Shown: in pieces, positions 28,894-38,675 of the stretch | Numbering within the stretch: the stretch's first letter is position 1 | Layout of the letters: the number at the start of each line of letters is the position of its first letter | Assembly: GCA_964639185.1 (NCBI GenBank) | Contig: CAZXCN010000001.1 | Coordinates: 38,626-102,625 of the forward strand | Source of the DNA: an uncultured Candidatus Saccharibacteria bacterium | GTDB taxonomy: Bacteria > Patescibacteriota > Minisyncoccia > Phycocordibacterales > UBA9973 | Length of the DNA stretch: 64,000 bases | Reading direction: 5' to 3' | Made by a program: the position numbers and the translations under genes | The notes under the pieces: generated by a model | What the model was told of the DNA's origin: nothing | What the model saw: only the letters and a program-made list of their open reading frames with translations | The model's database searches: none

Positions 28894-29790
28894 ATGAATA
28901 ATAATTTTTTACCAAGCAAACAGTTTGCAAAAAGAGCAATAATAATATTTGTTCTTATTGTTGTTGTATTAATACTAACAAAAGTTACTCCTTCCATTAA
29001 AGATAAATTAAATCGGGTAAATACCAATAGACAGCTATCTGTTAGCGAATTAGTAGGGCAGGACAGTAATACAAATGGGATACAAGATTGGGAGGAAATA
29101 TTATGGGGCCTAGACCCAAATGCTGATGGATCAGAAAATAAAAATTTTATAATAAACAAAAAGAAGCAATTAAACGGTGGTGTATTGCCAGCAGAAAATG
29201 ATACTCCGTTGACTGACAACGACAAATTGGCTCGTGAATTCTTTGCTATGATTATATCACTACAACAAAGTGGCAACTTGAACGAAGACGCAATAAAAAA
29301 TATATCAAATTCTGTAGGTGCAAATATTGTTGCTGAAGATCTAAAAGATATTTATACAAAAGATATGCTAGAAATACAAAGCACTACAACTATCACAGTG
29401 GGCAACTATCAAAATGAGATGCGAAAAATAACTCAGAAATATAATAATAGCGATATGGGTAATGAACTATCATTTATCGGCCAAGCCGTAGCAGGGAATG
29501 ACCCTCAGGTATTACGTATAGGTACTTCAATAGCAAACTCATATCGTTCACTGGGCAAAGATATATTAAAAGTGTCTGTACCAACATCATTAGTAACAAC
29601 ACACTTAGAATTGGCAAATAATATGGAGAAAACAGCTCGTTCGATAGAAAATATGCGTACACTACTCGATGACCCAATGGTTGGCATGACAGCAATTGTT
29701 CAGTATAAAAGATACAATGATGCACTGCTCTTAAATTTGGAACAGATTAAAACATTTTTCATTAAAAATGGTATAATAAAATATAATTAA
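28894..29790 (+). CDS. Hypothetical membrane-anchored protein with a Ca-binding TSP3-like motif
   Basis: N-terminal TM; DSNTNGIQDWEEILWGLDPN; first gene of the T4SS-like cluster. Confidence 0.7.
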   Translation: MNNNFLPSKQFAKRAIIIFVLIVVVLILTKVTPSIKDKLNRVNTNRQLSVSELVGQDSNTNGIQDWEEILWGLDPNADGSENKNFIINKKKQLNGGVLPAENDTPLTDNDKLAREFFAMIISLQQSGNLNEDAIKNISNSVGANIVAEDLKDIYTKDMLEIQSTTTITVGNYQNEMRKITQKYNNSDMGNELSFIGQAVAGNDPQVLRIGTSIANSYRSLGKDILKVSVPTSLVTTHLELANNMEKTARSIENMRTLLDDPMVGMTAIVQYKRYNDALLLNLEQIKTFFIKNGIIKYN

Positions 29791-32760
29791 ATGAGTATAG
29801 ATAGATACAAAAAAATAGTATCTTCAATTACACTAATGGTGTTTGTTTTTTCTACCATTATTGGGCCTACAGCCATAGTCTACGCGGAAGATATTGATAC
29901 TGGAAGTCAGGAGGCTACAACAAACAAAGCAGCTTATACTACGAACAACCCTGCATATACGTTCAATATACAAAATATATCCAATGTTCTACCTGCAGTT
30001 ATAGGGTGTACTGGCATTGTGAATAAAGTAAAGCAATACATGACAAGTGCTTTTGATGGCAATTCCGGAGGTATTTCAAATGATCTTACTTCATCTAAAA
30101 CAGGTACTGGTAATTATAAAGCTGGTTATGATGATGGTAGTGGTAACACAGATATCGATGGATTTAACGCTGGTATAGTAACAGAAAGTGTACCAACTGG
30201 TGATGCCTCTACTCAAAAAAATACACAAAAAAGTGCAGCAGAAGAAGCAAAAATAGCAGAAGAAGAAAAACAAAAGAGAATCAAAGATGAATGTCTAAAT
30301 GGGGTAGCATATGCATTAGCTAAAGCTCAATTGGCATCTATCACAAACAAAACAGTAAATTGGATAAATAGTGGATTCAATGGTGATCCATTATTTATTC
30401 GTGATCGTGAATCATATTTCAAAAGTCTAGGTGACCAAACATTACAAAGCCTACTTGGACCACTTGCAAATATAAATAATCAATCTCTGTATCCATTTGG
30501 ACAAGATTTTGCTCGTTCAGCAATACTATCAGCTAAAACAACATTTTTAGACAGATCAAAATCAACTCTTTCCCAATCATTAAAGCCTGGTGCAACTACA
30601 GAAGATTTTTCCAAAGATTTTAGCCAAGGTGGGTGGGATGGGTGGTTCTCCTTAACACAAAACCCTCAGAATAACCCTCTTGGATTTGGAATCATAGCAT
30701 CACAAGAACTTACTAATAAAATAAATGCAAAACAACAAGAAGCTGAAGCCGACTTGGCTCAAGGTGATGGATTCCTTTCACAAAAGAGGTGTGTGGAATA
30801 TTCAAAATCAGACGAAGGGCTAGATAATACAACAACATCTTCTTCAAAAAATTATAGTATTGTTTCAAATGATACAAATGCAAAACTAACAGGATTCTAC
30901 ATAACTACAAATTCTGTAAATATGGCTATCAAATACCAAGCAGGCGAGCTCGGCACATTGACTGCTTCTATAAAAAATTCTGCAGGTATATCCAAAGGGG
31001 CACAAATAGTTGGTAAAACAAAAAAAGGCAACAATGACCTAGGTACAACTTTCAATAGCTTGTCCGCTTCATCGAAATATGAAGTTAAATTTACATATCT
31101 AGCAGACACAGGTAGTACAGGGGAGAAAACTATTTTAACACTAAATATAACAACCCCTGACAAAGCTACTGGTAATCAGGATACAAATCGTCCAACAAAC
31201 ACATCAACAAATACAAATGCCACCCCTGAATGTATCCGCTGGGAAACAGTAACACCAGGAACAGTTATCGCTGACCAATTAAAGATAAATTTGGGTTCCT
31301 CTGTACGCCAACTTGAACTTGCTGATAGCTTGAATGAATCACTCAGTGCAATATTTGAAGCTCTAGTGAACCAGCTAGTAAATCAAGGTTTATCTAGCCT
31401 AAGTAACATAAAGAATACTTCTACAAATGGATTAGGTGGTGCTGGTAATAATAAAGTTTATGATTCTAGTGGTATTGATATCTCAGGAATATCTGCCGAA
31501 GGAATTCTAGGTAATAAATTATCAGTGAACAAAGGTTCAGGATGGTACAACACAAATGATACATTTGATATAACAAAAGATCTGGGTGATATCTATAAAT
31601 TAGAAAAGGGGAAGAAAGTGTTAGTAAAAAAAGGTATCATAACTATACAATCTGAATACATAACAGCAGTAAAAGCCTCCATGAAAGAAGCTCCACCTAT
31701 TATCCCTGCATTAGGTGAACTTGATTATTGTATTCCGGGGCCAAATCCAAACTGGAAATCAATTGCTGTTCCAAATGTAAATGAAACCATGGCAATTCTA
31801 CGAGACATAGACAAGAATGGTGTTACAACCATTGACACTTCTAACCCAAGAATGGAAGCTATTTACTCTTTTATGAGAGAATACAATCCTGGTTTTAAAT
31901 TAGGGGAAAATATTGGTAATATCTTTACAGCAAAGAGGAAGGCTGGTGAGGCACAACAGCTAAATAGTGCTATAGATGAAAGTTATTATGTTGGTAAATT
32001 ACTATTGAAGTTTAATATACAACTTATTGGTGACCAATATAAATCATACAGAGACAAGATGGACCAATTGTATGGACCAAATTCATCTATGCGTGACCCT
32101 ACTAGTGCGTGGTATTTACCAATGGCTGAAGCAGGTCTAGGATTAACAAAGAACTTGATATCTTACGACCAAAGCATGGGTGGACTCTTGGATGATTACA
32201 CTGACCAAATCAATCAAACAAATGCAAATATTTACAAACTCCAACAAATAAAGAAAAAAGTGGATGCAATAGTGGCAGCTGCTAAAAAAAGACAAGCTGC
32301 AGATATTCGAAGTGGTAAAATACAATTCTGCGCAGAAGAAGCTGGTGGCCCTATAGATACTGGTGTTACAAATGGGGGACTACTTAACAACACTAGCTCA
32401 GGAACAAAACTAAATCCAAATAACAATGGGGCAGTCAGTGGTATTGAACCTATACCAGATTTCAACTTAAGTATTACAGAATCTTTGGAGGATTGTACTG
32501 CAAAAATAATTGCAAAAAATACCTCAATAAATACAGTAGGACCTTATACTTGGAACAGAGTAACAACCGACAAAAACCAATCACAATACAATGCAACTTC
32601 TAAAGATTTTGAGTTTAATGTATCTACCTTTAGCGCATCTGGTCAAGCAAAAGTTACATTAACAATATCTGATACACTTGGTAAACCTATTAGCAAATCA
32701 AAAAACATAACAGTACCAAAAAGAACAAAAACATTATCCGGTCAGGCTTGCCCAATATAA
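29791..32760 (+). CDS. Large secreted hypothetical protein of the T4SS-like cluster
   Basis: Signal peptide; TVNWINSGFNGDPLFI, GGWDGW..LTQNPQNNP.G, G.GFLS..C, TPG motifs; Ig/Fn3-like inserts. Confidence 0.75.
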   Translation: MSIDRYKKIVSSITLMVFVFSTIIGPTAIVYAEDIDTGSQEATTNKAAYTTNNPAYTFNIQNISNVLPAVIGCTGIVNKVKQYMTSAFDGNSGGISNDLTSSKTGTGNYKAGYDDGSGNTDIDGFNAGIVTESVPTGDASTQKNTQKSAAEEAKIAEEEKQKRIKDECLNGVAYALAKAQLASITNKTVNWINSGFNGDPLFIRDRESYFKSLGDQTLQSLLGPLANINNQSLYPFGQDFARSAILSAKTTFLDRSKSTLSQSLKPGATTEDFSKDFSQGGWDGWFSLTQNPQNNPLGFGIIASQELTNKINAKQQEAEADLAQGDGFLSQKRCVEYSKSDEGLDNTTTSSSKNYSIVSNDTNAKLTGFYITTNSVNMAIKYQAGELGTLTASIKNSAGISKGAQIVGKTKKGNNDLGTTFNSLSASSKYEVKFTYLADTGSTGEKTILTLNITTPDKATGNQDTNRPTNTSTNTNATPECIRWETVTPGTVIADQLKINLGSSVRQLELADSLNESLSAIFEALVNQLVNQGLSSLSNIKNTSTNGLGGAGNNKVYDSSGIDISGISAEGILGNKLSVNKGSGWYNTNDTFDITKDLGDIYKLEKGKKVLVKKGIITIQSEYITAVKASMKEAPPIIPALGELDYCIPGPNPNWKSIAVPNVNETMAILRDIDKNGVTTIDTSNPRMEAIYSFMREYNPGFKLGENIGNIFTAKRKAGEAQQLNSAIDESYYVGKLLLKFNIQLIGDQYKSYRDKMDQLYGPNSSMRDPTSAWYLPMAEAGLGLTKNLISYDQSMGGLLDDYTDQINQTNANIYKLQQIKKKVDAIVAAAKKRQAADIRSGKIQFCAEEAGGPIDTGVTNGGLLNNTSSGTKLNPNNNGAVSGIEPIPDFNLSITESLEDCTAKIIAKNTSINTVGPYTWNRVTTDKNQSQYNATSKDFEFNVSTFSASGQAKVTLTISDTLGKPISKSKNITVPKRTKTLSGQACPI

Positions 32761-32763
32761 TAT

Positions 32764-34110
32764 ATGCAAAACAATCCACACAAAAGCAGAGCATTGATAA
32801 TCACCTTCGTAATAGTACTTGGGCTATTGATAGGTGGATATTTTGTATTTACTAGTGATACATTGTTTGGAGTAGAGAATAGTATTGGTCAAAAATTCTC
32901 ACCATTTCTAACAACACCAAAAGAGAAAAATCTAAATCAGATAGAAGACCCAAACACACTAGACCCAAATGGGGAAATACCCGATACGAATAATACTAGT
33001 ACTGATGATACTCTTGGAACAGACAGTGGATCAGGAGGAACAGGTAATGGATTCTCTGGTAATATTGGGAGCGGGGGAGCAACAGGCGGTATCTACACAT
33101 CACCAACAGGGGGCTCGGTTGCACTTCCAGGAAGCAAAGGGACAGTTATTACATCTAATTTTGTACCTCAATGTAGCGATAAAATAGACAATGATGCAGA
33201 TAAATTAATCGATGCATTAGATCCGGGTTGCCATAGCGACGGAGACGCAAGTAATACAAAGAGTTACAATAAAAACCAATATCTAGAATACAATTTTATA
33301 CCTGCTTGTAATGATGGAATAGACAATGATGCAGATAAATTAATCGATGCACTAGATCCAGTTTGTCATAGTGACAATAATGCAAAAAATCCTGCAACTT
33401 ATACTCCAAATTATACTTCAGAATATGTATCACAAACCAATACAAATAAAGCATCTAGCCAGTGTAATCCAGACGATCTTGCTCTTGTATTTACAGCCGA
33501 GGAACAAGCCGAGCTTGATGAATTGACTCGTCAATTCTATCGCATTGCTCCAACATTAAAGTCAACAAATGATATCCTGATAGAAGACAAGGCTAAACAA
33601 AGCTATATTGACCTAGTAAACAATGCCACAACACTTACAAATGAATGCTATGCGCAAACATATAATGATAAATATTTAGCAAATAGTACCAGCGTTGTAA
33701 CTGAAGGATTTGAAGCACTTAATACCAGATACTCATCGGACACAAAAGAAATCGATGGAACAGCATATGTTATAAAAACTTGGTATCCTTTCTTAAATAA
33801 TCAAAATGGAACACTCATCAGTGGTGGTAAGGAATTCAAAGAATCTTCAAGCTTAAGTATCCCACTATATCCTTATGCAAGCTTGAGTGGTCCAGATGCA
33901 AGTGGCCTAGGGGACAAAGGCAGGACCGAAAGACGAGGTAACCCTTATATAAGTCAAAAACCAGTATCTTCATATTGGCAAATATACGAAACAAAGCAAG
34001 CGACAAGAGACCCTAATGCTAATTATTATGGAAATGTTTACAAAAAAACCATAATTGGAAATAAATACTTCCCTTGGGCTGACTGGGAAAATATGATGGG
34101 TATTTGGTAA
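32764..34110 (+). CDS. Membrane-anchored protein with two Cys/Asp-rich Ca-binding-type repeats
   Basis: N-terminal TM; P.C.D.IDNDADKLIDALDP.CHSD twice. Confidence 0.75.
   Translation: MQNNPHKSRALIITFVIVLGLLIGGYFVFTSDTLFGVENSIGQKFSPFLTTPKEKNLNQIEDPNTLDPNGEIPDTNNTSTDDTLGTDSGSGGTGNGFSGNIGSGGATGGIYTSPTGGSVALPGSKGTVITSNFVPQCSDKIDNDADKLIDALDPGCHSDGDASNTKSYNKNQYLEYNFIPACNDGIDNDADKLIDALDPVCHSDNNAKNPATYTPNYTSEYVSQTNTNKASSQCNPDDLALVFTAEEQAELDELTRQFYRIAPTLKSTNDILIEDKAKQSYIDLVNNATTLTNECYAQTYNDKYLANSTSVVTEGFEALNTRYSSDTKEIDGTAYVIKTWYPFLNNQNGTLISGGKEFKESSSLSIPLYPYASLSGPDASGLGDKGRTERRGNPYISQKPVSSYWQIYETKQATRDPNANYYGNVYKKTIIGNKYFPWADWENMMGIW
33183..33359 (+). repeat. Intragenic 42-nt direct repeat (period 135 nt)
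   Basis: AATAGACAATGATGCAGATAAATTAATCGATGCAYTAGATCC at 33183 and 33318, one mismatch. Confidence 0.85.
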
Positions 34111-34143
34111 TAAAACAGCGTGTTGAAAAACACGCTGTTTTAT
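34110..34143 (+). terminator. Hairpin/terminator inside the T4SS-like cluster
   Basis: ATAAAACAGCGTGTT/AACACGCTGTTTTAT. Confidence 0.6.
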
Positions 34144-34182
34144 ATAGCAACAGTATTAATGAAATGCTATAATATTTAAAGC

Positions 34183-36615
34183 GTGAAGAAATTCTTGCCA
34201 TACATTTTAACACTATTAGTTGTCGTGAACTTATTCGCGCCATTTAGTGTTATATGGAAAGAAAACAATACTCTATCAGTAACAAAGAACGAGGCTAAAG
34301 CATCAGGTATTATAGTATTAGGAGGAGCTGGACAAATCACTTCAACAGACACCACTATATCAGTAACAGTAACTGCGGAATTTCCTACAGATTTTTCAAA
34401 AATAGATAGCGAAGGGGTTTCTGTTTATTTAAAAAAACCCACAGAAAGTGAGGAAGATGCAAAATTAGAAACCTTAACAGATAATTTCAAAGTTGTTGCT
34501 GATAAAAAAAATACCAAATCAGGTACTGTTGTTTTCCAAGACCTAACTCCCAATACACAATACCAAGTATGGTATGCTGTCTTACAAGACGAAGGTAGTG
34601 TTTGGGGCAAGCTAACAAGTGGTTGGAGGTATGGGTATGACAATACAATATCTGCTGAAGTCAGGAATCCATCTCAAAACTATTATGAAGTAACAACAAC
34701 TTCCGGAGGGCAAGCTAACGTTAACACCGAAACATCAGGTAATGCAGAGGGTATGATGCCCGCTTGTGGTGTATCAACTGGTGATGAATTATTAGGCTGT
34801 GTGGCAAAATTATTCTACTATGCAGTATTCACCACTACATCATTCTTATTTGGATTGGCAGGTAAATTCTTTGACTGGACATTTGCCTACTCTATAACAG
34901 ACACATCATACCGAACAGCTTTTGTGAACGAAGGTTGGGCAATAGTACGTGATATATGTAATATATTTTTTATATTTGTATTGTTATATGCTGCTTTCAA
35001 ATCAATATTTGGCTCACACGAAGCTAAATCAATTGTTATAAATGTAATCATTATTGGATTACTGATAAATTTTAGCCTCTTTGCTGCCCGTATCATGATA
35101 GATGCTTCAAATATTCTAGCTAGATTATTCTATACATCACAAGCAGTAGAAATATTGGCATCAGATAGTAGTGGAAATTATTCAAGGGGTGGGGTGGACA
35201 CACTACAAGATTCTGGATTGGGGGAACTTTCTCTTTCTAGTGCTTTGGTAAATAAAATTAACCCACAAAAAATTATTCTAGGGGCAAGAAATATAAATAT
35301 CAAAGATGATGCTTTGGGTGCAAATGGTAATGCCCAAAACAACAAGAATCAACCAATCGGAATTGGGGCATTTTTCCTTATCACCCTTCTAGCTGTAATT
35401 GTAAATGTGGTTGGACTCTTTGTATTCTTATCTGTTGGCCTTATATTTGTGGCCCGAGTTATTGGATTATGGATTGCTATGGTTTTGGCACCATTTGCAT
35501 TCTTTAGTTACACAGTGCCCAAACTTTCAAAAACAAAAATGCTAGGGTGGAGTAATTGGTGGAGCGATACACTAGGGCTATGTTTTGTAGCACCAATATT
35601 TATGTTTTTCCTTTATTTAATATTACTATTCTTGGAAAATGGATTCTCATCTTTGATAGACCCAAATGTTACTGGAGCAAATTTTGTCTTGGTCACAATT
35701 ATCCCATTTGTATTTATAATGATATTACTAATGACTGCTAAAAAGTTGGCAAAAGAGTATTCAGGAACAATAGGCCAAACAATTACCGGTGCAGTTACTG
35801 CAGTAGGGGCGGCGGCGCTTGGCGGGGCAGCGTTAGGCACAGCATGGGCTGGTAGAGGAGTAGGAAAAGGTTTTAATATGGCATCACAACAAGGAACAAG
35901 ACTCAAAGAAATAAAAGAACAAAAAGCTGCAGGAACATATGTAAAACAAAAGGGTGACTGGAAAGCACAAACATTTGGACGTATTGGTAATCCACTAAAC
36001 AGAACTCAAGAAAAAATAAATAAAGTTGACCACGCTAGACATGAGCTTGATACTCTTACTGAAAAAAAGTTTGGTAAGGGTCAAAGGTTTGAAAGACTTT
36101 CTGGTTATCAAAAAAGTTTGATTCAACAAGAACATGCTAAAAAGGAACGTGCTGGTGTCGAAGAAAAATACAGAAGAGAAAATGGTCTTAGTAAAAGTCA
36201 GGCTCTTACCGCAGCACAAAGAAGTGACGTTGATGCTAAACTATCACATGAATTCGATCATTTCGTTGACGAAGCTAAGAAGAAAATTTCAGGGCTTAGT
36301 CGAGCATTTTCACAAGTCAATACTGGAAGTTGGGATGTTAGAAACATGTCAGATGTAAAACAAGACAGAAGAGAAGGTTTGATAACCAAATTCTCATCAA
36401 AATTAATGTCTGGTACTGCTGGGGGAATGCGTATGGGATTAAATAAAAGTGCTGATATAAATTACGGAAAAGGTTTTGCTGATATTTTTAAGGATCTTGG
36501 CCATACAATAACAGAAGCCTTGAAGAGTGCTAAATTTGAAATAAAAGCCGACGCTTCTCACGGAGCTGGAGCTGCTGAAAGTGGACATGATGCTGGACAT
36601 GGAGGAGGGCATTAG
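34183..36615 (+). CDS. VirB6/TrbL-like polytopic membrane protein
   Basis: GWAIVRDICNIFFIFVLLY, LLINFSLF.AR..ID.SN, R.I.LW..MVLAPFAF, W..WW, APIFMFFLYL; Gly-rich C-terminal tail. Confidence 0.7.
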   Translation: MKKFLPYILTLLVVVNLFAPFSVIWKENNTLSVTKNEAKASGIIVLGGAGQITSTDTTISVTVTAEFPTDFSKIDSEGVSVYLKKPTESEEDAKLETLTDNFKVVADKKNTKSGTVVFQDLTPNTQYQVWYAVLQDEGSVWGKLTSGWRYGYDNTISAEVRNPSQNYYEVTTTSGGQANVNTETSGNAEGMMPACGVSTGDELLGCVAKLFYYAVFTTTSFLFGLAGKFFDWTFAYSITDTSYRTAFVNEGWAIVRDICNIFFIFVLLYAAFKSIFGSHEAKSIVINVIIIGLLINFSLFAARIMIDASNILARLFYTSQAVEILASDSSGNYSRGGVDTLQDSGLGELSLSSALVNKINPQKIILGARNINIKDDALGANGNAQNNKNQPIGIGAFFLITLLAVIVNVVGLFVFLSVGLIFVARVIGLWIAMVLAPFAFFSYTVPKLSKTKMLGWSNWWSDTLGLCFVAPIFMFFLYLILLFLENGFSSLIDPNVTGANFVLVTIIPFVFIMILLMTAKKLAKEYSGTIGQTITGAVTAVGAAALGGAALGTAWAGRGVGKGFNMASQQGTRLKEIKEQKAAGTYVKQKGDWKAQTFGRIGNPLNRTQEKINKVDHARHELDTLTEKKFGKGQRFERLSGYQKSLIQQEHAKKERAGVEEKYRRENGLSKSQALTAAQRSDVDAKLSHEFDHFVDEAKKKISGLSRAFSQVNTGSWDVRNMSDVKQDRREGLITKFSSKLMSGTAGGMRMGLNKSADINYGKGFADIFKDLGHTITEALKSAKFEIKADASHGAGAAESGHDAGHGGGH

Positions 36616-36666
36616 GAAAGATAAGCAGAAAGTAGTAAGGAAATACTAATTTAAAAAATAATTGAA

Positions 36667-37578
36667 ATGGATCAACAACAACTACAACAAAAGATCGCTG
36701 AATACGCAAGCAAGCTTCCACCAAATGCCCAAGAGTATTTTATCAAAATGGATTGGATGAATGTACTACAAACTATTGCGACTAAGTACCAGCTAAACGA
36801 ACAACAAGTAGCAAGCCTTGGTACTGAAACAACACTATTATTACTAGGTATAGTGCACCCAGATGAATATACAGGCTTCTTAAAGAAGGAGATAAATATG
36901 GAAGAAGAGGCAAGTGTACAAATGTTTAATGATATTAATACTCAGATAATTGGCAACTTGCGTGGTGACCTAGAGAGTGCCCATATGGCAAACTCGATAG
37001 AACTTGCAGAGAATGAATATGGTGATAATCTGGAAACAGAAATGAATATTCCTGAAGCCCCGAAGCCACCATACGTATCCACACCACCAGCACCAAATTT
37101 ATCTATTCCAAATGCTCCAACTCCATCATACAAGCCTGCTCCGGAAGCAATAGCTACTGTGGCTATACCAGTTGAATCTGAAGCAGACATATCAATAGAA
37201 ACAGCAAATAGCCCTACCAATATAAACCCAGCAAAAGATAGCTCTAATATTTTTTCAAATGCTGGTATAGAGATGGTGTCTATAAATAAATCCGACACTA
37301 CCATCGGAAGCCAGCCAAAGGTAATGCCATTAGTTACAAGGAGTTTCAATACAGCTGACAGGTTCATGGAATCTGGAATTGATATAATTCCCGAGCGTAA
37401 AGCTGACGATGTATTCAAGCCTAATTCTGCTACTGGGGCAGAAACTCTATCTGGTATAAATAATCCAACAATGGGTGTTGTTAATATGCTAGGCGATAAA
37501 CTAAATAAAGCCACAGTAACACCAACAACACAAAGCAACCAAAGCTTGAACAAAGACCCTTACAAAGAACAAATATAA
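36667..37578 (+). CDS. Hypothetical protein (helical N-terminus, Pro-rich linker, C-terminal DPYKE motif)
   Basis: ORF 1 nt before the PrgI gene; ETTLLLLGIVHPDEY and terminal DPYKEQI. Confidence 0.7.
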   Translation: MDQQQLQQKIAEYASKLPPNAQEYFIKMDWMNVLQTIATKYQLNEQQVASLGTETTLLLLGIVHPDEYTGFLKKEINMEEEASVQMFNDINTQIIGNLRGDLESAHMANSIELAENEYGDNLETEMNIPEAPKPPYVSTPPAPNLSIPNAPTPSYKPAPEAIATVAIPVESEADISIETANSPTNINPAKDSSNIFSNAGIEMVSINKSDTTIGSQPKVMPLVTRSFNTADRFMESGIDIIPERKADDVFKPNSATGAETLSGINNPTMGVVNMLGDKLNKATVTPTTQSNQSLNKDPYKEQI

Positions 37579-37579
37579 T

Positions 37580-37981
37580 ATGCAATTCAAAGTACCACAA
37601 TTTATCGATGTAGAGGACAAATTATTTGGCCCATTTACTTTTAAACAATTTGCTTATATGGCAGGTGGTGGGGGATTGGTATATATATTGTATAAAGTAT
37701 TACCTATATGGATCGCTATTCCACTAATAATACCTGTGGTAATACTTACAGCATTACTTACTTTTTATAAAATCAATGGCAAATCTTTTCTATACTACCT
37801 ACAAGCAAGCATTACATATGCAACAAAAAGCAAGCTCTATGTATGGAAGCAACGCTTACAGAGGCCAGATACAAAGAAGGATATACCTAATCTACCTACA
37901 CAAACATCAGTAGTTCCAACACTTTCAGGAAGCAAACTCAAGGATTTATCTTGGAGCCTTGATGTACTAGACAAGAAATAG
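37580..37981 (+). CDS. PrgI family (VirB3-like) protein
   Basis: MQFKVPQFIDVEDKLFGPFTFKQF, two TMs, KINGKSF, LYVWK. Confidence 0.85.
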   Translation: MQFKVPQFIDVEDKLFGPFTFKQFAYMAGGGGLVYILYKVLPIWIAIPLIIPVVILTALLTFYKINGKSFLYYLQASITYATKSKLYVWKQRLQRPDTKKDIPNLPTQTSVVPTLSGSKLKDLSWSLDVLDKK

Positions 37982-38024
37982 TTTCCCCTTACTACTTATT
38001 GAATCTACATGTTACAATAACATT

Positions 38025-38672
38025 ATGTCGCTTGATGCAAAAAGATCACAAGAATTTGTTCCAATAAAAGAAGTTCGCGATGGTATCATTATATTAAAAG
38101 ATGGTGGTCTTCGTGCGGTTCTTGTTGCTTCATCTATCAATTTATCACTCAAATCCTCAGACGAACAAAGGGCTGTTATCTCTAATTTTCAAAACTTTCT
38201 AAATGGATTGGATTTTTCTATACAAATAGTAGTTCAATCACGCAGGCTTGATATTCGACCATATTTACTAACACTCGAAGAGCGTATGAAGTTACAAGTA
38301 GAGCCACTTATAAAAATCCAAACCAAAGAATATATGGAATTTATTCAGTCATTTACAAATGAAGTAAACATAATGACCAAAAGTTTCTTTGTTGTTGTAC
38401 CATACAGTGGTGGAACATTTAAATCCGACGAGAGCATAGTGGAAAAAGTCTTAGACATGAAAAAAGCAAAGAAAACTAATTCAAAGAAGGAGGCCGACCT
38501 AGCCAGTTTTGAGGAAAAGAGGTCACAATTGGACCAGCGAGTATCCATGATAAGTCAGGGGTTAGGTGGGTTTGGAGTACGTAGTTCACAATTAGGAACC
38601 GAAGAAGTTATCGAGATGTTTTACAAGACATTTAATCCTGGTGATATAAGTCAGGGAATAAAATTAGAATAA
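38025..38672 (+). CDS. T4SS-associated protein resembling a split VirB4/TraC N-terminal region
   Basis: SQEFVPIKEVRDGIIILKDG, SINLSLKSSDEQ, FLNGLDF.IQIVVQSRRLDI, K.FFVVVPY. Confidence 0.7.
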   Translation: MSLDAKRSQEFVPIKEVRDGIIILKDGGLRAVLVASSINLSLKSSDEQRAVISNFQNFLNGLDFSIQIVVQSRRLDIRPYLLTLEERMKLQVEPLIKIQTKEYMEFIQSFTNEVNIMTKSFFVVVPYSGGTFKSDESIVEKVLDMKKAKKTNSKKEADLASFEEKRSQLDQRVSMISQGLGGFGVRSSQLGTEEVIEMFYKTFNPGDISQGIKLE

Positions 38673-38675
38673 TAT